From positions 1-26,266 of the forward strand of contig DATFMW010000254.1 of the NCBI GenBank assembly GCA_035266765.1: a DNA stretch of 26,266 nt, given 5' to 3'. Under the pieces are notes generated by a model. That model saw nothing but the letters and a program-made list of their open reading frames with translations. It was not told the origin of the DNA and ran no database searches. The stretch comes from Gaiellaceae bacterium (GTDB lineage: Bacteria > Actinomycetota > Thermoleophilia > Gaiellales > Gaiellaceae). Both the position numbers and the translations under genes were made by a program. Below, piece after piece: positions 7,734 through 15,269 of this stretch; position 1 is the stretch's first letter, and each line of letters starts with the position of its first letter.

Positions 7734-8633
7734 CTAGTCGGCGCGGCGCACGTCGGCGAGCAGGCGGTCGAAGTCGGGGCCGTCGAGCTCGGCGAGCGCC
7801 CGGTCGTACTTCTCCATCGCCCACGCCCAGAAGTCGAAGTCGATCGGCGAGACGGCGTCCTGGATCGAGCCCCAGAGCGTCCAGCCGACCTTCGACATCA
7901 GGCCCCAGAGTCGCGCACGGGCCACCTTGGCCGGGCTCGGCCGCCCGTAGTAGTGCGCGACAAGCTCCTCGAGCTGCCCGGGCGAGAGGTTCGACTCGCT
8001 CCAGACGTTGCCGAGCTCGAACGAGGGCTCGTTCTGGCCCGAGTACTCGTAGTCGATCAGCCGGAAGCCGCTCCCCGTCCAGAGGAAGTTCTCGGCGAGC
8101 AGGTCGTTGTTGCACGGGACGCGCGCTTCCGGGCGGACGCGCATCGCCTCCTCGAGCGCGCGCACGTGCGGCTCCAGCTCGAGATACCCGTCCGGCAGGC
8201 GGAAGCCGCGCTCGCGCACGATCTCGAGGTAGCCGCGCTGGATCGCGAACATGTCGAACTCGTCCCGGAACGACCGACCCGCGTGCAGGCGCCGGCACGC
8301 CGCCGCGACCTCCACGAGCCGGTCGCCGCGCCGGAGGGAGTCCGCAGACATCACCTCCGCCTCGATCCACTCGAGCACGAGCACCGACTCCTCCGGCAGG
8401 TACGCGACGACGGTCGCGCCGACCCCGGCCTCCGCCGCTGCCCGCGTGTTGTGCACCTCGTTCTCGCGGTCGATCGCGAGCAGCCCCGTATCGCGACCGA
8501 AGACGCGGACGACGTACGTGCCCGCCGGCGAGACGACCTTCCAGTTCGTGTTCGTGAGGCCGCCCTCGAGCCGCTCCACCGACGCGGCGTCGTGGAGCTC
8601 GGGGACCCGCTCGACGATCCGCCCGAGCGACAT
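7734..8633 (-). CDS. Choline/ethanolamine kinase-like phosphotransferase (APH/ChoK fold)
   Basis: GGLTNTNW nucleotide-binding loop, Brenner-type motif PCNNDLLAENF, IDYEYS and FELGN. Confidence 0.85.
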   Translation of the reverse strand: MSLGRIVERVPELHDAASVERLEGGLTNTNWKVVSPAGTYVVRVFGRDTGLLAIDRENEVHNTRAAAEAGVGATVVAYLPEESVLVLEWIEAEVMSADSLRRGDRLVEVAAACRRLHAGRSFRDEFDMFAIQRGYLEIVRERGFRLPDGYLELEPHVRALEEAMRVRPEARVPCNNDLLAENFLWTGSGFRLIDYEYSGQNEPSFELGNVWSESNLSPGQLEELVAHYYGRPSPAKVARARLWGLMSKVGWTLWGSIQDAVSPIDFDFWAWAMEKYDRALAELDGPDFDRLLADVRRAD

Positions 8634-8641
8634 GGTCGGCG

Positions 8642-8647
8642 AGTATA
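8642..8647 (-). promoter_or_regulatory. Putative -10 box (TATACT) for a leaderless kinase transcript
   Basis: TATACT 8 nt upstream of ATG 8633, with no SD. Confidence 0.5.
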
Positions 8648-8692
8648 CGAGCCCTCGCGGATTTGGACTAGACCTTTGCCGCGAGAGATGGT

Positions 8693-11143
8693 TTGATCAC
8701 CCGCGTGTTCCCGCAGCGTGCGCGCGCGGTGGTGGTGGGTGGCGGGGTGGTGGGATGCTCGATCCTGTACCACCTGGCGAAGCTCGGCTGGACCGACGCC
8801 GTCCTGCTCGAGCAGTACCAGCTGACCCACGGCTCGACCTGGCACTCGGCCGGTCTCGTCGGCCAGCTCCGATCGTCGCTCAGCCTGACCCGGATGATGC
8901 AGTACTCGGTCGGGCTCTACGCCGAGCTCGAGGACTTCACCGGCCTGAGCCCCGGCTGGCATCAGCTCGGCGGCCTGCGGCTCGCGTCGTCGCAGGCGCG
9001 GCTCGAGGAGATCCGCCGCCAGGCGGCCTGGGCGCACACGTTCGGGCTGCCGATGGAGATCGTCTCCCCCGCCGAGGCGCAGGAGCTCTTCCCGCCGATG
9101 AGCACCGACGGCGTGCTCGCCGCCGCGTTCATCGCCGACGACGGCTACCTCGATCCGAGCCAGCTCACGTTCTCGCTCGCCGACGGCGCCCGCCGCCTCG
9201 GCGCGCACATCGAGACGCGCGCCCGCGTGACCGGGATCGAGCGCGGCGAGGACGGCCGCGTCACGGGCGTGGAGACCGACAAGGGCCGGATCGAGTGCGA
9301 GGTCGTCGTGAACGCGGCCGGCATGTACGCACCCGAGGTGGCGCGCCTCGCCGGCGTGTCGGTGCCGATCGTCCCGTTCGGCCACCAGTACCTGATCACC
9401 GAGCCGCTCGAGCCGACGCTGCCCGCGCTGCCGACGCTCCGCGACCCCGACCTGCTCGTCTACTTCCGCACCGAGGTCGGCGGCCTCGTGATGGGCGGCT
9501 ACGAACGCGGCCCGGTGCCGTGGGCGCTCGACGGCATCCCGGAAGGCTTCGAGGCAAAGCTCCTACCCGAGGACTGGGATCGGATGGAGGAGCTCTTCTC
9601 GAACGCGATCCGGCGCGTCCCGGCGATGGAGACCGCCGAGGTGAAGATGTTCTTCAACGGCCCGGAGGCGTTCACGCCCGACGCCGACTTCCTGCTCGGC
9701 GAGACGGAGGTGCCCGGCTTCTGGATCGCAGCGGGCGGCTGCGCGCACGGGCTCGCGGGCGCCGGCGGGATCGGCAAGACGATGAGCGAGTGGATCGTCG
9801 ACGGCCGCCCCGAGTGGGACGTCTGGGCGCTCGACGTGCGCCGCTTCGGACGCCAGTACGCGAGCCAGCCGTACACCCTGGCGCGCACCCACGAGGCGCT
9901 GTCGAAGTACTACGACATCAAGTACCCGGGCGAGGAGCGCCAGGCCGGCCGGCCGCTGCGCGTCTCCACCGCGTACGTCCGCCACCGCGAGCTCGGCGCC
10001 TCGTTCGGCGAGAAGGCCGGCTGGGAGCGCGTGAACTGGTACGAGTCGAACGCGGCCGGCGGCGACGAGTCGCTGCGGCCGCGCGGCTGGGCCGGCGAGA
10101 ACTGGTCGCCCGCGATCGAGACGGAGGCCCGGGCGACGCGCGAGGCTGTCGCGCTCTTCGACCAGTCGAGCTTCTCGAAGCTCGAGGTCTCCGGGCCGGG
10201 CGCGCTCGCGCTGCTCGAGCGCCTCTGCGCGAACCGCGTCGACCGGCCCGTCGGCACGGTCGTCTACACGCAGCTCCTGAACGAGGCCGGCGGGATCGAG
10301 GCCGACCTCTCGGTGCTCCGCCGCACCGCCGACCGGTTCCTGCTCGTCACCGGCACGGCGTTCGGCGGCCACGACCGCTCCTGGATCGAGCGGCACGCCC
10401 CGCGCGACGGCTCGGTCTCCGTCGCCGACGTCACCTCGGCGTACGCCTGCTTCTGCCTCTGGGGGCCTCGCGCGCGCGACGTGCTCGCACCGCTGACGAA
10501 GTCCTCGCTCGCGAGCGAGGACTTCCGATACATGACCGCGCGGGAGCTCGCGGTCGGCGACGTCCCGTGCATCGCCTCGCGCGTCACGTACGTCGGCGAG
10601 CTCGGCTGGGAGCTCTACTGCCCGGCCGAGTACGGCCTCGGGCTCTGGGACACGCTCGTCGAGGCCGGGCACCCGCACGGTCTCGTCCCGGGCGGCTACC
10701 GCGCGATCGACGCGCTGCGGCTCGAGAAGGGCTACCGCGCGTGGTCGACCGACCTGACCCCGGACACCTCCCCGGACGCGGGCGGCGTCGGCTTCGCCGT
10801 GAAGCTCGACAAGCCGGACTTCGTCGGCCGGGCGGCGGTCGAGGCGAGCCGGCGCGACGGCGGTCCGCCCGAGCGGCTCGTCTGCCTCGTCCTCGACGAC
10901 CCGCGTGCCGTCGCGCTCGGCTCGGAGCCGGTAAGGGCCGCGGGCTCCGACGACGTGCTCGGCCGCGTCACGAGCGGCGGCTACGGCTACGCGGTCGGCT
11001 CGAGCATCGCTTTCGCCTACGTGCCCTCGGCCCAGGCCGAGCCGGGAACACGACTCGAGGTGGACATCTTCGGTGAGTGGGTCTCCGGCGAAGTGCGGCC
11101 GGAGCCGCTCTACGACCCGCGCGGGGAGCGCCTCCGCGCATGA
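8693..11143 (+). CDS. Dimethylglycine/sarcosine dehydrogenase-family flavoprotein #1 (DAO domain + GcvT THF-binding domain)
   Basis: VVVGGGVVG FAD motif, GSTWHSAG (His at the covalent-FAD position), GGYE, F.PD, GWER.NW, GGIEADLSV (THF-site Asp), LRLEKGY and a GcvT C-terminal GRVTSGGYG. TTG start, with GTG 8705 as an alternative. Confidence 0.9.
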   Translation: MITRVFPQRARAVVVGGGVVGCSILYHLAKLGWTDAVLLEQYQLTHGSTWHSAGLVGQLRSSLSLTRMMQYSVGLYAELEDFTGLSPGWHQLGGLRLASSQARLEEIRRQAAWAHTFGLPMEIVSPAEAQELFPPMSTDGVLAAAFIADDGYLDPSQLTFSLADGARRLGAHIETRARVTGIERGEDGRVTGVETDKGRIECEVVVNAAGMYAPEVARLAGVSVPIVPFGHQYLITEPLEPTLPALPTLRDPDLLVYFRTEVGGLVMGGYERGPVPWALDGIPEGFEAKLLPEDWDRMEELFSNAIRRVPAMETAEVKMFFNGPEAFTPDADFLLGETEVPGFWIAAGGCAHGLAGAGGIGKTMSEWIVDGRPEWDVWALDVRRFGRQYASQPYTLARTHEALSKYYDIKYPGEERQAGRPLRVSTAYVRHRELGASFGEKAGWERVNWYESNAAGGDESLRPRGWAGENWSPAIETEARATREAVALFDQSSFSKLEVSGPGALALLERLCANRVDRPVGTVVYTQLLNEAGGIEADLSVLRRTADRFLLVTGTAFGGHDRSWIERHAPRDGSVSVADVTSAYACFCLWGPRARDVLAPLTKSSLASEDFRYMTARELAVGDVPCIASRVTYVGELGWELYCPAEYGLGLWDTLVEAGHPHGLVPGGYRAIDALRLEKGYRAWSTDLTPDTSPDAGGVGFAVKLDKPDFVGRAAVEASRRDGGPPERLVCLVLDDPRAVALGSEPVRAAGSDDVLGRVTSGGYGYAVGSSIAFAYVPSAQAEPGTRLEVDIFGEWVSGEVRPEPLYDPRGERLRA

Positions 11144-11171
11144 CCGGAACGGCGAGAGAAAGGAGCGCGTC

Positions 11172-12803
11172 ATGACAACGGCCGCCCAGGTGCAGCCGGA
11201 GGTCTTTGCTCGAAAGGCGTCGGGGCTCGTGCGGGTGATGTCGCCCGCATCCGCCTTCGCCTACAACGTCCTGACCATGGGGCTCATCTTCCCGTGGACG
11301 TACCTCTGGGGGCCGTTCGCGGCGCCCGGCGCGAACATCGCGCTCGGGATCGTGATCGCGATGGTCGCCCAGATCTTCATCTCGCTCGCCTACGTGTGGC
11401 TCGCCGCGGCGATGCCCCGCTCCGGCGGCGACTACGTCTTCCAGAGCCGGATCCTGGGCGGGCCGCTCGGCTTCGTGACGGTCTTCAGCGGCTTCGTGAT
11501 CTGGATCCTCCAGTGGGTCGCGCTCTCGGGCTGGCTGATGGCGATCCTCGCGCTGACACCGCTCTTCCTCACGCTGGGCGTCCACTACGACTCGTCGACC
11601 CTCCTCTCCTGGGGCACGTGGTGCCAGTCGGCGAAGGGGATCCTGACCATCTCGATCGTGCAGGCGTTCGTGGCGATGGCGCTCCTCGTGAGCGGCTTCC
11701 GCAACTACGTCCGCATCCAGCGGCTGCTGATGTCGGCGACGCTGATCTCGTTCGCAATCATCGTGATCCTGTTCCTCGTCAACGGCACCGGCGACTTCCA
11801 CACGAAGATCGACGCCTACGCGACGGCGGTGCAGGGCACGCACGGCTTCTACGACTACCTCCTGAACGACGTGTCGAAGGCCGGCTACAACCTGACGGTC
11901 GGCTTCAGCTTCCTCGGCACGCTGCTGATCGCACCGATCGCCTGGACGAGCCTCCAGTGGGCGACGTACTCGGTCGAGCAGGGCGGCGAGATCAAGGCCG
12001 CGAACTCGGTGCGGTCGCAGATGTTCATGATCGTCGGCTCGACGGTCTTCGTCGGCGTCCTCCTCGCGATCCTCGCGATCGTCGAGCAGCACACCGTCGG
12101 CAAGGACTTCCTGCGCGCCGCCGGCGCCTCCTACTACGGCGGCATCTCGGCGTCGGGCAACGGCGTCGGGGCGATCGCGCCCTTCCCGAACGTGCTCGCG
12201 ATGGTGCTGACGGCCTCGCCGGTGCTCCTGATCCTGATCGCGCTCGGCTACATCGCGAACTCGTTCCAGGTGACGTGCAACTGCTACATCGGGATGACCC
12301 GCGTGCTCGTCGCGATGGGCCTCGACCGGACGCTGCCGGCCTGGTTCGCGAAGGTGAACGGCCGGCTCCGCTCGCCCGTGAACGCCCATCTCGCATACTT
12401 CGTGGCGGCGATCCCCGTGATCTGGCTCTACAACTACAACGGCAACTGGGTCAGCTGGACGCTCGGGGTGACGTTCGCCTGCGGGTACGTGTTCGTCGTG
12501 TCGCTCGTCGCTGCGGCGCTCCTGCCGTTCCGGGCACCGGAGGCGTACCGGGCGGCGCCGAACAAGACGATCCTCGGCATCCCGGCGGTGACCGTGCTCG
12601 CGACGATCGGCTTCGCGGCCGGCGCCGCGATGTGCATCTCGTTCCTGACGGTCTCGAAGCTCGGCCTGACCGGGTCGAAGCCGTACGAGATCGTGGTCGG
12701 CGTGATCGTGTTCAGCGCGGTCGTGTACTACGCGATGCAGCTCTGGAACCGCTCGCGGGGCATCGACAGCTCCTTCGCGTTCAAGGCGCTGCCGCCGGAG
12801 TAG
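11172..12803 (+). CDS. APC-superfamily amino acid/amine permease
   Basis: SD AGGAG before ATG 11172. N-terminal FARKASGLVR, AMPRSGGDYVF, about 12 TM helices, and a C-terminal FKALPPE. Confidence 0.9.
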   Translation: MTTAAQVQPEVFARKASGLVRVMSPASAFAYNVLTMGLIFPWTYLWGPFAAPGANIALGIVIAMVAQIFISLAYVWLAAAMPRSGGDYVFQSRILGGPLGFVTVFSGFVIWILQWVALSGWLMAILALTPLFLTLGVHYDSSTLLSWGTWCQSAKGILTISIVQAFVAMALLVSGFRNYVRIQRLLMSATLISFAIIVILFLVNGTGDFHTKIDAYATAVQGTHGFYDYLLNDVSKAGYNLTVGFSFLGTLLIAPIAWTSLQWATYSVEQGGEIKAANSVRSQMFMIVGSTVFVGVLLAILAIVEQHTVGKDFLRAAGASYYGGISASGNGVGAIAPFPNVLAMVLTASPVLLILIALGYIANSFQVTCNCYIGMTRVLVAMGLDRTLPAWFAKVNGRLRSPVNAHLAYFVAAIPVIWLYNYNGNWVSWTLGVTFACGYVFVVSLVAAALLPFRAPEAYRAAPNKTILGIPAVTVLATIGFAAGAAMCISFLTVSKLGLTGSKPYEIVVGVIVFSAVVYYAMQLWNRSRGIDSSFAFKALPPE

Positions 12804-12805
12804 TC

Positions 12806-13528
12806 ATCGAGAACCGCGACGTCCATCAAGAGGCGCTTCGCATCGTCGAGCGCGCCGGCGAGTCGGGCTTTCCGGTCCGGCTCGCCGGCTCGGTCGCGAT
12901 CTACGCGCACGCGCCGAGCGCGGAGGCCGCGTATGCGGCGGCCGGGCGCACCATGGGCGACATCGACCTCGTCACGAGCGGCGGCGTGAAGGCCGACGAG
13001 GTCGACCGGCTGCTCGCGGCCTTCGACTTCCAGCCGTACTCCCACCACAACGTCTGGCACGCGGAGATCCGCCAGATGTTCGACCGCGCGGACGGCCTCC
13101 ACGTCGACGTCTTCCGGGACACGTTGAACTTCAACCATCCGATCTCCCTCAAGGGCCGGCTCGAGGCGGACAGCCCGACGATACCGCTCGCGGAGCTCCT
13201 GCTCTCGAAGCTCCAGATCGTCGAGGCGACCCCGACGGACCTGCAGGACGTCGCCCTGCTCGCCGGCGATCACGAGCTCGGCGAGGGGGCCGACCGGCTC
13301 GACGCGAACGCCGTCGCGGAGACGCTCGCCGGCGACTGGGGCTTCTGGCGGACGGCGACGGCGACCCTCGAGAAGGCCCGCGCGGTCGCGGAGGGCGCGG
13401 CGGCGGACCGGCTCGCCGCGCTCGCCGAGCGGATCGAGCAACGGCCCAAGTCGGCGCGGTGGAAGATGCGCGCCCGCGTCGGCGACCGCGTCCGCTGGTA
13501 CCAGGAAGTCGAGGAGGCCGAGCGATGA
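12806..13528 (+). CDS. Uncharacterised Pol-beta-superfamily nucleotidyltransferase-like protein; start codon uncertain (ATC 12806 proposed)
   Basis: C-terminal 240 aa of ORF 11294-13528. It shows an LAGSVA (hG[S/G]) motif, RTMGDIDL (DxD), a distal HVDVF Asp, and LLLSKL...TDLQDV, which resembles the K...D..D motif of AbiEii/DUF-type NTases. Codon usage matches the neighbours and the stop overlaps the next ATG. Confidence 0.65.
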   Translation: MENRDVHQEALRIVERAGESGFPVRLAGSVAIYAHAPSAEAAYAAAGRTMGDIDLVTSGGVKADEVDRLLAAFDFQPYSHHNVWHAEIRQMFDRADGLHVDVFRDTLNFNHPISLKGRLEADSPTIPLAELLLSKLQIVEATPTDLQDVALLAGDHELGEGADRLDANAVAETLAGDWGFWRTATATLEKARAVAEGAAADRLAALAERIEQRPKSARWKMRARVGDRVRWYQEVEEAER

Positions 13529-14514
13529 TGTTCCGCCGCAAGCCGCAGCGCCCGTTCACACGCGTCTTCTTCGCCACCGATCTGCACGCGTCGACGCGCA
13601 CGTTCCGGAAGTTCCTGAACGCGGCGACGATGTACGAGGCGAACGTGCTCGTGCTCGGCGGCGACGTGTGCGGCAAGGTTCTGACCCCGATCGTGCGGCG
13701 TCCGGACGGGATGCACGAGCTGCGCCTCCATGCCGAGCACCGGCTCGTCGGCTCCGAGCACGAGCTGGAGCACGCGGTGGAGGCGCTCGACACGCAGGGC
13801 CACTACTACGAGTTCCTCTCGCCGGAGGAGTACGAGCGCGTCGCCGGCGACGACGTCGCGATCGACGAGCTGTTCACGCGGCTCGCACGGGAACGGCTCG
13901 CCGCGTGGCGCGAGGAGGCCGACCGGCGCCTCGGACCGCTCGGGATCCGCTGCTTCGTCACGGGCGGCAACGACGACCGGCCCGAGGCGCTCACCGCGCT
14001 CGACGGCGACGACGGCTCGATGGTCTTCTGCGAGGGGCGCGTCACCCGGATCGACGACGAGCACACGATGGTCAGCTGCGGCTACTCGAACCCGACGCCG
14101 TGGGACACGCCGCGGGAGGTGTCCGAGGAACGACTCGCGCACCTGATCGCGGACGCGGTGGCGGAGATGCACGACTACGGGAATGTCATATTCAACTTCC
14201 ATCCGCCGCCCTTCGACTCGACGCTCGATCTCTGCCCGCGGCTCGACACCTCGACCGACCCGCCGACGCCGATCTACCAGGGCGGCCAGATGATCTTCGG
14301 GCCGGCGGGGTCGACCGCCGTGCGCGAGGCGATCGAGCGCCACCAGCCGCTGCTCGGCCTGCACGGGCACATCCACGAGGCGCGCGGTGCGGTGAAGGTC
14401 GGCCGCTCGCTCTGCGTCAACCCGGGGAGCGAGTACGGAGAGGGCTACCTGCGCGGCTGCCTCGTCAACCTCGTCGACGGCGAGGTCCTCTCCTACCAGA
14501 TGACCTCGGGATGA
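13525..14514 (+). CDS. Calcineurin-like metallophosphoesterase (Icc-related, COG2129-like)
   Basis: The five metal-binding motifs are present: TDLH, GGD, GNDD, HPPP and LHGHIHE, followed by VNPGS. ATGA overlap with the NTase stop. Confidence 0.88.
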   Translation: MMFRRKPQRPFTRVFFATDLHASTRTFRKFLNAATMYEANVLVLGGDVCGKVLTPIVRRPDGMHELRLHAEHRLVGSEHELEHAVEALDTQGHYYEFLSPEEYERVAGDDVAIDELFTRLARERLAAWREEADRRLGPLGIRCFVTGGNDDRPEALTALDGDDGSMVFCEGRVTRIDDEHTMVSCGYSNPTPWDTPREVSEERLAHLIADAVAEMHDYGNVIFNFHPPPFDSTLDLCPRLDTSTDPPTPIYQGGQMIFGPAGSTAVREAIERHQPLLGLHGHIHEARGAVKVGRSLCVNPGSEYGEGYLRGCLVNLVDGEVLSYQMTSG

Positions 14515-15269
14515 GACCCCGGCTCCAGCTCGCGCGCGGCCACGGCGGTCCTCCAGCCCACCTCCAGATCACCGACCAGCTCGGCGAGGCGATCGCGAAC
14601 GGGAAGCTTGCGCCGGGCGACCGGCTGCCGCCCGAGCGCGAGCTCGCCGCGGAGCTCGGCGTCAGCCGGATGACCGTGCGCCAGGCGCTCGGCGCGCTCG
14701 AGAGCCAGGGCCTGCTCGTGCGCGCACAGGGGCGCGGCGGCGGCACGTTCGTCGCGCGCCCGAAGCTCGAGCGCGACCTCGGCACGTTCTCGGGGCTCTC
14801 CGAGGAGCTGCGCCGCCAGGGCGTCCGCGCCGGCGCGCGGGTGCTCCACTCCCGCCAACGCGTCGCCTCGACGACCGTCGCAGCGGCGCTCGAGCTCCAA
14901 CGGAGCGAGCACGTCGTCGAGATCGAGCGCGTCCGTCTCGCCGACGGGGAGCCGTTCGCGATCGAGCGCTCCTGCTTCCCGGCGCACCGGTTCGCCGATC
15001 TGCTCGGGCTCGACCTCGAGGGGTCGCTCTACGAACTGCTCGCCGAGCACTGGGACGCGGCGCCCGTGCGCGCGGTCGAGCGGCTCGAGCCGGTGCTCGC
15101 AACCGAGGCCGAGGCGGACGCGCTCGGCGTCCCGCGCGGCGCGCCGCTGATGCTCGTCGAACGGATCGCCTACGACGCCGCCGGCGCCCCGGTCGAGTTC
15201 GCGCGCGACCGCTTCCGCGGCGACCGCACCCGCATCGTCGCGTGGACGTCGGAGCTCGTGCAGCGGTGA
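14511..15269 (+). CDS. GntR-family regulator, HutC/UTRA subfamily
   Basis: wHTH LPPERELAAELGVSRMTVRQAL...GGGTFV, and a UTRA-type C-terminus (IERVRLADGEPFAIERS...VEFARDRFRGD). ATGA overlap with the upstream gene. Confidence 0.92.
   Translation: MRPRLQLARGHGGPPAHLQITDQLGEAIANGKLAPGDRLPPERELAAELGVSRMTVRQALGALESQGLLVRAQGRGGGTFVARPKLERDLGTFSGLSEELRRQGVRAGARVLHSRQRVASTTVAAALELQRSEHVVEIERVRLADGEPFAIERSCFPAHRFADLLGLDLEGSLYELLAEHWDAAPVRAVERLEPVLATEAEADALGVPRGAPLMLVERIAYDAAGAPVEFARDRFRGDRTRIVAWTSELVQR

Noticed and set aside
8251-11076. 941-aa alternative-frame ORF
   Set aside because: Arg/Ala/Pro-rich shadow of flavoprotein #1 with no motifs.
11294-12805. 744-aa ORF suggesting a long protein or an APC-NTase frameshift fusion
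   Set aside because: The upstream part is the -1 frame of the APC gene, which stays open in high-GC3 DNA (the same happens for 8251-11076). I saw no slippery heptamer, and the APC ends in a natural-looking FKALPPE-stop.
12806-14514. CBASS or other anti-phage NTase system
   Set aside because: No recognisable CD-NTase architecture, effector, Cap2/Cap3 or defence-island context; the genes are coupled to metabolic genes. A TA-like role is left open in the main finding.
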